55,048 nucleotides of DNA from contig CAYZBM010000003.1 in NCBI GenBank assembly GCA_964476705.1, positions 1 to 55,048 on the forward strand, written 5' to 3'. The number at the start of each line of letters is the position of its first letter. Position 1 is the first letter of the stretch. Made by a program: the position numbers and the translations under genes. Positions 8,663 through 18,719 of this stretch are shown one piece after another. The DNA comes from an uncultured Rickettsiales bacterium. Its GTDB lineage: Bacteria > Pseudomonadota > Alphaproteobacteria > Rickettsiales > UBA6187. A model generated the notes under the pieces. The model made no database searches. It was not told the DNA's origin and worked only from the letters and a program-made list of their open reading frames with translations.

Positions 8663-9178
8663 ATGGATATAGAATCTAGGATTTGTGTAGGTAAAATAAT
8701 TGGCGCTCACGGTATAAAAGGTGAGGTTAAGATAGATAGTTATACTGAAAATCCTCAAGATATCGAAAAATATTCTCCTCTTATATGTCATTTAGGTAAA
8801 AAATCCTTTAGCATTAAAGTTCGCTCGGTTAATAAAAATATTGTTATAGCTGCGATAAAAGATGTAACTAATCGTAATCAATCTGAATTGTTACGGGGTG
8901 TAAAATTATATGTTGCTAGAGAACAATTGCCTGAGATAGAAAATGATGGTGAGTTTTATATTGAAGACCTAGTCGGAATGAATGTGTTTAATATAAAAAA
9001 TAAAGAATTATTTGGCAAAGTGCTAGCTGTAGTTAATTATGGTGCTTCGGATATTTTAGAGATTAAAAGTACTGATAATAAAGAATATATGTATGCTTTT
9101 ACTTTTGAGAATTTTCCTGAGATTAATGTTAAAGAAAAATTTCTAACTATAGATATTCCTGAGATATTAGACGAATAA
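8663..9178 (+). CDS. rimM: 16S rRNA processing protein RimM
   Basis: [15 protein letters not shown] motif. Start moved to ATG 8663 because the track start (GTG 8591) lies inside the terminator hairpin. Confidence 0.9.
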   Translation: MDIESRICVGKIIGAHGIKGEVKIDSYTENPQDIEKYSPLICHLGKKSFSIKVRSVNKNIVIAAIKDVTNRNQSELLRGVKLYVAREQLPEIENDGEFYIEDLVGMNVFNIKNKELFGKVLAVVNYGASDILEIKSTDNKEYMYAFTFENFPEINVKEKFLTIDIPEILDE

Positions 9179-9182
9179 TACT

Positions 9183-9935
9183 ATGAATTTTAAATTGCTA
9201 ACCCTATTTCCAGAAATGTTTCCTGGGCCTTTAAATTATTCTTTAGCTGGTAAAGCTTTAGATAGTGGTAAATGGAGTTTTTCGACTGTTAATATTCGTG
9301 ACTATGCTGAAGATAAGCATGGGACTGTTGATGATATTTGTTATGGCGGTGGTACTGGAATGGTTATGCGCCCTGATATATTAGGTAATGCCATTGATAA
9401 GAATATCGGTAAAAATAGCAAATTACTTTATATGTCGCCAAGAGGTAAGATTTTTAACCAAAATAAAGCTTATGAGCTTGTGAACTCGCCTGAGGATATA
9501 GTGATAATTTGTGGGCGTTATGAGGGTATAGATCAGCGAATTATTGATAAATATGAGATTGAAGAAGTTAGTATGGGCGATTTTGTGCTCTCTGGTGGCG
9601 AAATAGCAGCATTAATGCTTATGGATGCTTGTATTAGGCTTTTACCGGGAGTGATCAGCAAAGGCGAGGCTTTAAATGAAGAAAGTTTTGGAAAAAATAA
9701 AGAATATGCTGGACTTTTGGAATATCCGTTGTATACAAGACCGTCTGAATGGGATGGTTATAAAGTTCCGGATGTTTTATTATCTGGTAATCATGAAAAA
9801 ATAGCCGCATGGCGATTGGCCCAAGCTCAGGAAATTACTAAAAAACGTCGGCCTGATTTATGGCGTTTATATAATAGTTTTACAAATAATAATGGTGATT
9901 CTGCTTTTAAGTTAAAGGATGATAACGAGGTTTAA
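9183..9935 (+). CDS. trmD: tRNA (guanine37-N1)-methyltransferase
   Basis: [10 protein letters not shown] and [13 protein letters not shown] motifs; canonical operon position. Confidence 0.96.
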   Translation: MNFKLLTLFPEMFPGPLNYSLAGKALDSGKWSFSTVNIRDYAEDKHGTVDDICYGGGTGMVMRPDILGNAIDKNIGKNSKLLYMSPRGKIFNQNKAYELVNSPEDIVIICGRYEGIDQRIIDKYEIEEVSMGDFVLSGGEIAALMLMDACIRLLPGVISKGEALNEESFGKNKEYAGLLEYPLYTRPSEWDGYKVPDVLLSGNHEKIAAWRLAQAQEITKKRRPDLWRLYNSFTNNNGDSAFKLKDDNEV

Positions 9936-9936
9936 G

Positions 9937-10374
9937 ATGGCACAAAATATACTTGAAAAATTTAATGAACAACAAATAGCACGTTTAGCACAAGAAGATA
10001 AAAAATCTTTTAATTTTGCTCCTGGCGATACTGTAAAAGTTAATGTTAGAATTACTGAAGGTAAAACTGAAAGATTGCAGGCTTTTGAAGGACTTTGTAT
10101 TTCAATTAAAAGACGTGGCTTAAATTCAGCTTTCACAGTAAGAAAAATTTCTCATGGTGAAGGTGTTGAACGTACTTTCCCTCTATATTCTCCAGTAGTT
10201 GAAAGTGTTACTACATTACGTAAAGGTGTGGTACGTAGAGCTAAATTATACTACATGCGCGAGCTATCTGGTAAATCTGCACGTATTACTGAGAAAAAAC
10301 AATATGTTGAAAATGTTGCTTCTAAAGCTGCTGCAGCTAAAAATATTGTAGCTGAAGATAATTCTGCAGCGTAA
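9937..10374 (+). CDS. rplS: 50S ribosomal protein L19
   Basis: [23 protein letters not shown] signature. ATG 9937 follows the trmD stop and a GAGG RBS. The track start at 9919 overlaps trmD. Confidence 0.95.
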   Translation: MAQNILEKFNEQQIARLAQEDKKSFNFAPGDTVKVNVRITEGKTERLQAFEGLCISIKRRGLNSAFTVRKISHGEGVERTFPLYSPVVESVTTLRKGVVRRAKLYYMRELSGKSARITEKKQYVENVASKAAAAKNIVAEDNSAA

Positions 10375-10386
10375 ATTGCTAATATA

Positions 10387-10427
10387 AATACAGTAAATAT
10401 TTTTGTAATAAGGATATTTATTGTATT
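10387..10427 (+). terminator. AT-rich hairpin after rplS (possible terminator)
   Basis: AATACAGTAAATAT / ATATTTATTGTATT arms with one mismatch; only a weak T tract follows. Confidence 0.35.
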
Positions 10428-10520
10428 TTATATATCAATATATAGTTATGTAGTGCTATAATTTCTCTTTAAATTATTTCATTTATTTCATTTTTTATAA
10501 TTAAAAAATTAGGTTTGGAT

Positions 10521-11945
10521 ATGGTAGCTAAGACCTTATACCAGAAGATACTCGATAATCATTTAGTTGATTTAAGTGATGATGGAGTAACTTGTTTATT
10601 ATATATAGACAGACATTTAATTCACGAAGTAACTAGTCCTCAAGCCTTTGAAGGTTTGCGTATCTCTGGACGTAAAGTTTTAAATCCTGCATCATCATTA
10701 GCTGTGGCTGACCATAATGTACCGACAACTCCTGATCGGGTGAATGGTATTGCCGATGAAACCTCGCGAATTCAAGTCCAAACTTTAGAAGATAATGCTA
10801 AAGAATTTGGTGTTAAATATTTTTCTATGGATGATATTAGGCAAGGTATAGTCCATGTGGTAGGACCAGAGCAAGGTTTAACACAACCAGGAATGACTAT
10901 AGTTTGTGGTGATAGCCATACTTCAACTCATGGTGCTTTTGGCGCTTTAGCTTTTGGTATTGGTACTAGTGAAGTTGAGCATGTACTTGCAACGCAGACT
11001 CTTATCCATAAACGCGCTAAAAATATGCGAGTTAATGTAAAAGGTAAGTTAGCTTTAGGGGTTACGGCCAAAGATATAGTGCTAGCAATTATTGGTAAAA
11101 TAGGGACCGCTGGTGGTACCGGGTATGTTATTGAATATAGTGGTGATGCGATTAAAGATTTGTCAATGGAAGGACGGATGACCGTTTGTAATATGACAAT
11201 CGAAGCTGGAGCCAGAGCAGGTCTTATAGCGCCAGATGAAAAAACTTTTACTTATTTAAAAAATCGGCCAATGGCACCAAAAGATCAATATTGGGATCAG
11301 GCGGTAAAATTTTGGCAAAGTTTAGTTTCGGACCAAGATGCAGTTTATGATAAAGAAGTTAATTTAGATGCCAGTGAGATTATTCCGCAAGTAACTTGGG
11401 GTACAAGTCCACAAGATGTGGTGCCAATTAACGGTTTAATTCCTAAAGCTGAAGATGCTAAAGATGAAATCACTAAATCGACTATTAAACGCTCGTTAGA
11501 TTATATGGGCTTTAAGGGTGGTGAAAAATTACAAGATATAGAATTTGATAAAATATTTATCGGTTCTTGTACTAATGGCCGGATTGAAGATTTTAGAGCG
11601 GTTGCTTCTATTGTTAAAGGTCATAAAGTTGCACCAAATATTAAACTTGCGATGATAGTTCCAGGCTCTGGCTTAGTTAAAAAACAGGCTGAAGATGAAG
11701 GTTTAAATAAAATATTTGTCGAGGCAGGTTTTGAATGGCGTGAACCTGGATGCTCTATGTGTTTAGCGATGAATGCCGATAAATTAGAACCAGGTGAACG
11801 TTGTGCTTCAACTTCAAATCGTAATTTTGAAGGTAGGCAAGGCCGAGGTGGTAGAACACATTTGATGAGTCCAATTATGGCTGCAGCTTGCGCGATTAAA
11901 GGTAGATTTGCTGATGTTAGAGAATTTCAAAAGGAGGGCAATTAG
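10521..11945 (+). CDS. leuC: 3-isopropylmalate dehydratase large subunit
   Basis: [14 protein letters not shown] start; Fe-S ligand motifs [23 protein letters not shown]. Confidence 0.96.
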   Translation: MVAKTLYQKILDNHLVDLSDDGVTCLLYIDRHLIHEVTSPQAFEGLRISGRKVLNPASSLAVADHNVPTTPDRVNGIADETSRIQVQTLEDNAKEFGVKYFSMDDIRQGIVHVVGPEQGLTQPGMTIVCGDSHTSTHGAFGALAFGIGTSEVEHVLATQTLIHKRAKNMRVNVKGKLALGVTAKDIVLAIIGKIGTAGGTGYVIEYSGDAIKDLSMEGRMTVCNMTIEAGARAGLIAPDEKTFTYLKNRPMAPKDQYWDQAVKFWQSLVSDQDAVYDKEVNLDASEIIPQVTWGTSPQDVVPINGLIPKAEDAKDEITKSTIKRSLDYMGFKGGEKLQDIEFDKIFIGSCTNGRIEDFRAVASIVKGHKVAPNIKLAMIVPGSGLVKKQAEDEGLNKIFVEAGFEWREPGCSMCLAMNADKLEPGERCASTSNRNFEGRQGRGGRTHLMSPIMAAACAIKGRFADVREFQKEGN

Positions 11946-12557
11946 ATGGAAAAATTTATAAAGTTAGAAGCAGTAATTGCTCCTCTTCCTATTGTAAATA
12001 TTGATACGGATATGATTATCCCGAAGCAATTTTTAAAAACTATTAAACGTACGGGCTTAGGCAAAAATCTTTTTGACGAAATGCGTTTTACGCCAGATGG
12101 CGAAGAAGTAAAAGAATTTATCTTAAATAAAGAACCATACCGCAAGGCTAAAGTTATAGTAGCTGGCGATAATTTTGGGTGTGGATCATCAAGGGAACAT
12201 GCGCCTTGGGCTTTAGTTGATTTTGGTATAACCTGTATAATAGCGCCTAGTTTTGCCGATATTTTTTATAATAATTCTTTTAAAAATGGAATCTTGCCAA
12301 TAACTTTACCGCAAGCAGATATTGATGTAATTACTGAGTATGCGAGCAAGGATAAAAATCCAGTTATCTCTATTGATCTTCCTGCACAAACAATTACCTG
12401 TGTAAATAATGGCAAATCTTTTGCTTTTAATCTTGATCCTTTTAACAAAAAATGTTTGCTTGAGGGCTTAGACGATATCGGCCTTACTTTAGCTAAACAT
12501 AATAAAATTACTTCTTATGTTGAGGGTTATAAACATAAATTTCCGTGGTTGTTTTAA
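11946..12557 (+). CDS. leuD: 3-isopropylmalate dehydratase small subunit
   Basis: [17 protein letters not shown] motif; starts directly after the leuC stop. Confidence 0.95.
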   Translation: MEKFIKLEAVIAPLPIVNIDTDMIIPKQFLKTIKRTGLGKNLFDEMRFTPDGEEVKEFILNKEPYRKAKVIVAGDNFGCGSSREHAPWALVDFGITCIIAPSFADIFYNNSFKNGILPITLPQADIDVITEYASKDKNPVISIDLPAQTITCVNNGKSFAFNLDPFNKKCLLEGLDDIGLTLAKHNKITSYVEGYKHKFPWLF

Positions 12558-12613
12558 GCTTAACCTAGCATTTTTCCCCACTTCCTCATATATGATATGA
12601 CGAAGTGGTGAAT

Positions 12614-15600
12614 TTATTTCGGAGGTTGCCCATTTCCTCTTCCTCGCGCACCTCTTCCTCTTCCAGCATTAGTAGCCCTGGCACCAACTAGATGAGTTGA
12701 GCTATCTTTCGATGTGGAATCATGGCGTCCTTTTTTCATTGCGTTAGCAAGCTTTACTGCCGCTGTTGCTTGGTCCATAGCGGCGGTTAGATCTTCTGCT
12801 AAAGGATTATCTCCCATCGTTATACTCAGACTATTTGCGAATGTGCTTCGAGCTGAGGTAGCTGAGCTGGCATTAGCTTTATCGGCACCAGTTGTTATTG
12901 CCGCGCTATCTGTAGGTTTACTTACCGCTAAATGAAGATTACGCGGCTTTGGCTGAGGGCTAAGTTTTGGTGCTGCCGCTGCAGTAGTTGCAGTTGTAGA
13001 AGAAGTGCCTGTAGTAGAGCTAGAATTTGCAGAAGCAGCGCCTTCTACGTTACGTGGAGTTGCTATAGGAGGGCGAGCTAGAGTAGAATATTTAGGTGTT
13101 GATGCGGCGGTGATAACTGCAGCTCCAGGGCTTGGAGTTTTAGTAGTTATTGAAAGCGTTGTTGTTTGGCTACGTATAGGAAGTGTAGGTGATGCTGCTG
13201 CCGCTGTAGTTATAGTAGAAGCATATAATACAACATCAGCTGCTGATACAGACTCTGCAGCTTTAGCCTTATCTGCTGCAGTTCCTAGCTCACTTAATGC
13301 TGTTAATAAATCCATATCTTTATCTTTTTCCTCATTAGCTTGTGCTAATGTAAAATCAGGCATTGATCTCGTAGGTTGAGTCCGCGAACTTCTACCAGTT
13401 CCACTAACTGATCCGGTCCATGTTCCTGTTGATACACTTCCATAATCATAAGGTTGTTTTCTTTCTATTCTAGCTGGTTTTGCAAGCGCGTTATAAACCA
13501 GATATTCCAGTTCTTTAGGTAAGCCTAAATAACTCTCGATATTTTCTGAAGTACAAATTGCTTTATATAATTCTAATTTAAGCTTATTTTCTTCAGAGGC
13601 TCTATTAATTGCATTGATCTCATCAGGAGTTAATAAAAATAGATGGATTTTTGGTGCTTTAGTTATTTCATTGCCAGCAAAAATAGATAGATAATATTTA
13701 TTATCTTTGTCAAAAGTAACACCAAAACTAAACTTTCTTTCTTCAGATTTATTTATTTGTACAATTTTTTCTGAGAAATTTTTAAGTAAGTGATTTTCTT
13801 CTGTAGCTTTTTCTACAGTAAAGAAATTATAAGGATTCTTAGCAAAATCTGTACTTGCTTTTCCTTTTGATTTTTGGTCTTCTTCCATATATTTTAATAA
13901 ATCTATGGAAGCAATTTTCTGTCCCTCACTGTCTAATATATTAGCGCTTCTACCTTGATCATCTGGATTAACTCGTACGGTATGAGTACTGATATGTTGG
14001 CTAGGATTGGCTAGAACTGTAAGATTAGCTACGGCAATTTTATTTGCGTGGATAAAATCTTGTACTTCCTGATTAGTTCTTTTTTGTATGCTGGCTGAAA
14101 TTTTATTTACTAGAACTTCAGCTGCAACTGAGGGCTCTAATTCAACTCTAGTCATTTCAACTTTGCCACGTGAAATTACTATATGTGTTTTGTTCTTTTC
14201 TGTTTCTATAGATACTTCGTCTTTATGGTTGATAATAGCAATATCGTTATGAGATAAATATTCCTTTAATATATTTTTTAATAGTTCAAGTGCTTTATCT
14301 TTTTCTTTTTTATTTTGGTTATGAGCCATTAATGCTTTAATGGCTCCTTCAATAAGCTTGTCTGCAATTTTAGGATCAATAGGTTTTGAACTTTGTTCTA
14401 TTGGTTGGGCATTTTCTGCTTGTGCTGCTTCTGTAGTAGTTTTTTTTTCTTTTTTATCTAAAGTGCTTGGCACTCTAGTTTGATCAAATTTTATTTGGTC
14501 CTTTTTATATTCTGTTATTGAAAATATTGTACTTTGTTCTCCTGCTTGCCTTCTATCTGTCTTACGATTATTTAATAATAATTTATGAACATAATATTGT
14601 AGTGGATGAGTTAAAAATTCAGCAGTATTTGGCTTGCAGGCTTTATATAATATTTCTTTTATGCGATCTATATCAGTTTCTTTATTTAGTGAAGCTAGAA
14701 TGTCTTTGTCTAATTTAACTTTATATACATCTCCAGTTATGCCAAGCTTGCCTTTAGCTACGCATAGGTAATAAGATCCTGCATCACTGCCATCTGCTAC
14801 CATGGTAAAATTAATCTCTTTAATATCACTTTTGGTAATATCTTGATTAAGTTGACATAAATTTTCTTGAGCTTTATTATATTCTCTATCATTTTCTTGA
14901 GAAGCAGTTTTTTGTTGTCTAAGTGCTGATAAAAAATTTTGAGGTGTTTTTTTAAGTTCCTTTAGCGCTTTATTTTTATCAGAGTTATATTGAGATAAAA
15001 ATAAAGACCAATCAAAATTTGCTACATGTCGTTCTTCTTCTTCTTTAACTCCTATAACCTTTAGAAAAGCACCATTGCTTTCTGTATCTATTTCAAAGGT
15101 ATGTGATTCTCTGTCATCTTGGGCTGGATTAAGAAGAATCATATAGCGGTTAATGGCATCCATTACCGGATAATTATCTAATTTATTAAGAGATTCTGTT
15201 TGGTATTGCTTAAAACTTTTCTCCAGTTCACTTAAAATAACATTAGGTCCTAAAAGTGGGTGGCCGCTCCAGGTGGCAATATTATTTTGGTTCTCATCGA
15301 AAACTTGTAAAGTTAGTTGTTTATTTTTTTCGTCTATGCTGTGTTTGATTGTGCAGTTGATTGGAAACATATTTGTTGCCAAAATTTTTGTTGCTAATTC
15401 TTTTATATTATAACCTAACGAATTATTGGTTATATCTTGAGCTACTGCTTTAGCAATATGAGCTGTATATGTGCTAGTGTTTGGGATATTGGTTAAGCTG
15501 TTTGCTTTATTATTATTACTTTTATGTTTTACATCAAGTAGTCCAGCTGTTTCTTTAATAAGTTTTGCCATATCTTCATCAACAACGGCATCTATTTTTC

Positions 15601-15742
15601 TAAAACCATCCGCCCCAGCAATTGCTATACAAAGCTCTGCGATTTCCTGATTAAAGACTTTTTGTTGTTTAGATTTGTCTGCTGCTGTAGCTGATCCGGT
15701 ACTTGATCTTGATTCTTGTTGGCCTTGTCTACTTGCTGCCAT
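12614..15742 (-). CDS. Large ORFan protein (1042 aa): two tandem ~290-aa modules plus a ~280-aa Ala/Thr/Ser/Pro low-complexity tail ending in an RG-rich peptide
   Basis: A 3.1-kb open frame in AT-rich DNA with RBS AAAGGA upstream. Internal duplication is visible in the translation (LLNPAQ..SHTFEI vs LANPSQ..THTVRV; YYLCVAKG..LYKACK..YYVHKLL vs YYLSIFAG..LYKAIC..YLVYNAL). C-terminus is GARATNAGRGRGARGRGNGQPPK. Confidence 0.8.
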   Translation of the reverse strand: MAASRQGQQESRSSTGSATAADKSKQQKVFNQEIAELCIAIAGADGFRKIDAVVDEDMAKLIKETAGLLDVKHKSNNNKANSLTNIPNTSTYTAHIAKAVAQDITNNSLGYNIKELATKILATNMFPINCTIKHSIDEKNKQLTLQVFDENQNNIATWSGHPLLGPNVILSELEKSFKQYQTESLNKLDNYPVMDAINRYMILLNPAQDDRESHTFEIDTESNGAFLKVIGVKEEEERHVANFDWSLFLSQYNSDKNKALKELKKTPQNFLSALRQQKTASQENDREYNKAQENLCQLNQDITKSDIKEINFTMVADGSDAGSYYLCVAKGKLGITGDVYKVKLDKDILASLNKETDIDRIKEILYKACKPNTAEFLTHPLQYYVHKLLLNNRKTDRRQAGEQSTIFSITEYKKDQIKFDQTRVPSTLDKKEKKTTTEAAQAENAQPIEQSSKPIDPKIADKLIEGAIKALMAHNQNKKEKDKALELLKNILKEYLSHNDIAIINHKDEVSIETEKNKTHIVISRGKVEMTRVELEPSVAAEVLVNKISASIQKRTNQEVQDFIHANKIAVANLTVLANPSQHISTHTVRVNPDDQGRSANILDSEGQKIASIDLLKYMEEDQKSKGKASTDFAKNPYNFFTVEKATEENHLLKNFSEKIVQINKSEERKFSFGVTFDKDNKYYLSIFAGNEITKAPKIHLFLLTPDEINAINRASEENKLKLELYKAICTSENIESYLGLPKELEYLVYNALAKPARIERKQPYDYGSVSTGTWTGSVSGTGRSSRTQPTRSMPDFTLAQANEEKDKDMDLLTALSELGTAADKAKAAESVSAADVVLYASTITTAAAASPTLPIRSQTTTLSITTKTPSPGAAVITAASTPKYSTLARPPIATPRNVEGAASANSSSTTGTSSTTATTAAAAPKLSPQPKPRNLHLAVSKPTDSAAITTGADKANASSATSARSTFANSLSITMGDNPLAEDLTAAMDQATAAVKLANAMKKGRHDSTSKDSSTHLVGARATNAGRGRGARGRGNGQPPK

Positions 15743-15878
15743 ATTCTTTTCCTTTATACTAACTGTATTTAGATATTTATTATTGCTAATAAATTAATTG
15801 ATAATTAATTTAGCTTTCTGTCGAGGATTATCACTTGGGTAAATATTTGTAAATTAAATAATAAATATATATTCAAAA

Positions 15879-16007
15879 TATAGCAGTTAAAGCTTGCGCT
15901 TACCTAAATTTTTTATAGATCCCAGACTAAATCTGGGATATGCAAAATCATAGCAATGATTTATGGTAAGTAAATAAAGTGGAAAATCATTGCTATGATT
16001 TGCTATA
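15879..16007 (+). repeat. Modular palindromic repeat, L' + S copy
   Basis: TATAGCAGTTAAAGCTTGCGCTTACCTAAATTTTTTATA, then GATCCCAGACTAAATCTGGGATAT (perfect 8-bp stem), then an H2 with a 16-bp perfect stem ATCATAGCAATGATTT/AAATCATTGCTATGAT. Confidence 0.9.
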
Positions 16008-16162
16008 CTTCATAAGATAAATATCTTGCTAGCTATAACTTTCTGATAATTAAGTGTTTTCTAATTGATTAACGACAATCTTTTAAAAGGCATAATTTTT
16101 TCTATTTTTTACCATTTTTGTTAATATTTTCTTAACCAAGATGGAGTATAAAGATAGGTATT

Positions 16163-16648
16163 ATGGCACAAAGAGGACAAAAATTTATCGCCATGATAGT
16201 ATTATTTGGGGGACTTTTATCAGTATGGGCAGTTAATGCCTATGCTGATAGATTTTATGGTGAATATTATCATACCAAAGAACGCTATGCATGCATGATT
16301 GAAGGAAGACCAAGCGCATTTGGTTTAGCGCAAAATATTGCGCGCGGAACCAACGATGCTTATGCTAAATATAATGTTATTTTAGAAAGTTATAGCTTTG
16401 ATGAAAAAATTGAAGCGCCTGACTTGGCTTATGCTTTATATCTAATCTCTGAACGAATTGGTGATAGGCGGGCCGTAGAAAAAAAAGAATGGTTAGAACG
16501 TTATATTGATCATGAAACTGTAGATAAAATAGCCTCCACAGTTTATCTTAAATATTCTAAAGAATATCTCGAAAATTGCTTTTCGATAGATGGTAGAGTT
16601 CCGGTTTTATCAGTAAATGAAATTTATCCTATATATATGGATCAGTAG
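16163..16648 (+). CDS. Secreted small protein (161 aa), paralog of 26933..27457
   Basis: Sec-type signal ending AYA/D. Shared blocks with the 174-aa paralog: RPSAFGLA/RPEAYAIA, AYALYLISE/AYAYYLVAD, KKEWLERYIDHETVDKI/KIKWLDIYLKENETKQI, YLENCFS/YLKKCFT. Confidence 0.75.
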   Translation: MAQRGQKFIAMIVLFGGLLSVWAVNAYADRFYGEYYHTKERYACMIEGRPSAFGLAQNIARGTNDAYAKYNVILESYSFDEKIEAPDLAYALYLISERIGDRRAVEKKEWLERYIDHETVDKIASTVYLKYSKEYLENCFSIDGRVPVLSVNEIYPIYMDQ

Positions 16649-16738
16649 TTGGTTTTGTATTTCTTGATTAAATAATTAATATTTGTTATTATTGGTCTTT
16701 AAAAATTAATATTCTTAATAGTTAAAGTAGGATTTTAT

Positions 16739-16885
16739 ATGGGGACTCAAGCTGCGGAATTTGCTAGAATTGCTTCAAGGGATTACCTTAGTACTATAAT
16801 TGTCCAAGCGGGCCAAGCCCAGCAGGTAACCAGTATTTTGACAGATGTTAGTGCTGTTTCCTCTTCGCCTGAACATAAAAGATAA
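16739..16885 (+). CDS. Possible 48-aa small ORF (MGTQAAEFARIASRDYLSTIIVQAGQAQQVTSILTDVSAVSSSPEHKR)
   Basis: Hand translation. It sits in a locally GC-enriched patch of an otherwise very AT-rich spacer, with AGGA 8-9 nt upstream. It is below the ORF-track size cutoff. Confidence 0.3.
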   Translation: MGTQAAEFARIASRDYLSTIIVQAGQAQQVTSILTDVSAVSSSPEHKR

Positions 16886-17025
16886 AATTTGTAGTTTTAT
16901 CTATAGATGGCCATTATGTGAGTTCAAATGATTATCTGTCACCTCCGTCTATTTATTGATTAATTAACTAATGTCTGGTATAAATATGTTATAAAAAATA
17001 GCAATTTAGTTTAGGAAATTCGTCC

Positions 17026-18558
17026 ATGGCACAATCAAAAGAAAGTTTAAGTGCAGTTAATAGTGCAGTTAAGAAATTAATACGTCTTGTGGTGGGGGAT
17101 TTACAATCTTTTGTAAAAAGAGATGGTAATTTTGAGAATCCTTTGCTAGTGCTTACCAGAAAAGAGATAGAAAGTCTATCTATATGGAAATATATTGGTA
17201 AGGATTATATTGGTAAAATATGTGGAGTTGAAGCTAAAGTTGAGGAAAAAGACGGGAAAGAGTTAAAAATATCAAAATTTACGAATATTTTACCGCAAAC
17301 ACCTACATATTTTCCTTGGCAAAAGGCAAGCGTTCTTCTTGATTATCAATTAGATGGTACAAGAGCTCAAACTGAAGAAAAAAAAATAGAGATAGCTACT
17401 TTAGCTATGAGAGAGCTGGCTAAAGAGTTGGTTCCTTCAGTTTTAAGTGAAATGAACTTAGCTCTAAAAAAGTTTGTAACTGAAAATGCAAAAACAGATA
17501 AGCAGAGTATTTTTAATAAAATTAAAAATACTCTTGAAGAGAGTAAAGGGAATACAGCAAAAACAAATCCGATAAATGTTTCGACATCTAGTGAATCTTC
17601 TAGAGATATTAATCTAGGTTTAGAAATAAATTATGACCTAATAGATATAGAAGAATTAGATATTATAATTAAATCTCTCTATAAATTATCAGCAATTATA
17701 AATATAGCAAAAGATGAACCAAAAAAAACTCAGAGATCTCCTGATACACCTGATGATGATGGTATCACTGAGCGAACTATTCTCTATGTTTTGCGGGATA
17801 ATTTATGTTATCAGATAAGCTATACTGAATTACCTGTGATGGATGAAAGGTTTAAAGGTTTTGAAGATTTAATACTGAAGGCCAATAATATTATATATTA
17901 TTCTGGTGATTATAATGATTTAGAAACTTCTGAGATAAACGCTCTTTTTAAAGATATTTCTGATAAAATAATTTCTTTATATCCAGGACTTAAAGAGTTT
18001 TTAGAAGAAATAAATGCAAAAATAGCTAAAGAATATGCTCGTTTTGCTCCTGATAATGCATCTGCAGCAGTTTCAGCATCAGCTCATTCTGATGCAGATG
18101 TTGGTACTCCTCGGAACATGGATTTCTTTACAAAAATGGAAGGAAGTGATGATCCTTTGTTCTCGGCTGAAGAGCTAAGTAAACTAAAATTTAAAATATT
18201 TAAAGATGATTATTTTGATATTAATCAATCAAATATTAATAAATTAAAAGAATTTTGGAGTAAATTTTTGAACCAAAAGGTTTTTGATTTTAATGATCAA
18301 CCCATAAATAAGCCATTATTTGATAATCTTTTAAAAGCTTGTGGTGAAGTATTGCCAGGTCTAATTGTAATCCCTACTATAAATATAGTAAAGAATAGTG
18401 ATGTACATATTTTTCTGTCTAGTTTTGCTACATTTTATGAACTTTGTTTGGATTGTAAGAAAGAAAAAGCTGAAAAGAGTACTACTACACTATCTGGAGC
18501 TAATGCGGCTAGTGCAGCTCAAGTTGGAGGCCTAACTCCAGCTGGATTACCTGGTTAA
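17026..18558 (+). CDS. ORFan protein (510 aa), acidic, no recognisable domain
   Basis: 1.5-kb open frame with RBS AGGAAA upstream. No signal peptide; Ala/Ser-rich patches at ~aa 345-360 and at the C-terminus. Confidence 0.75.
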   Translation: MAQSKESLSAVNSAVKKLIRLVVGDLQSFVKRDGNFENPLLVLTRKEIESLSIWKYIGKDYIGKICGVEAKVEEKDGKELKISKFTNILPQTPTYFPWQKASVLLDYQLDGTRAQTEEKKIEIATLAMRELAKELVPSVLSEMNLALKKFVTENAKTDKQSIFNKIKNTLEESKGNTAKTNPINVSTSSESSRDINLGLEINYDLIDIEELDIIIKSLYKLSAIINIAKDEPKKTQRSPDTPDDDGITERTILYVLRDNLCYQISYTELPVMDERFKGFEDLILKANNIIYYSGDYNDLETSEINALFKDISDKIISLYPGLKEFLEEINAKIAKEYARFAPDNASAAVSASAHSDADVGTPRNMDFFTKMEGSDDPLFSAEELSKLKFKIFKDDYFDINQSNINKLKEFWSKFLNQKVFDFNDQPINKPLFDNLLKACGEVLPGLIVIPTINIVKNSDVHIFLSSFATFYELCLDCKKEKAEKSTTTLSGANAASAAQVGGLTPAGLPG

Positions 18559-18719
18559 TAATCAGCTAATGTTTAATATAATAGAGATTTTTCCTTAAAT
18601 CTCTTAAATTTCACATGATTTTTCTATAAAATTGCTTTATAAGCCATCTAAGCCTATGACTTTTAAGATAGGGTAGATGGCTTATTAAAAATAAAAAGAT
18701 TTATATTTTAGGAACAATT

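Noticed and set aside
12578-12608. Hairpin CCACTTC...GAAGTGG between the convergent leuD and 1042-aa genes as a bidirectional terminator
   Set aside because: The stem is only 7 bp and neither side has a proper T-run in the transcribed direction, so it is not listed as a feature.
12714-13379. Plus-strand ORFs 12714..12935 (73 aa) and 13005..13379 (124 aa)
   Set aside because: They lie antisense to the GC-rich Ala/Thr/Ser-coding tail of the 1042-aa gene. The open frames are a by-product of the low-complexity, stop-poor composition, and their translations are themselves Ala/Val low complexity.
15743-17025. A shared AATTGAT(T/A)AA motif upstream of the 1042-aa, 161-aa and 510-aa ORFan genes as a common regulatory site
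   Set aside because: It is a 10-nt all-A/T-plus-one-G motif in spacers that are over 75% AT, so chance matches are expected. Its position relative to the start codons is inconsistent.
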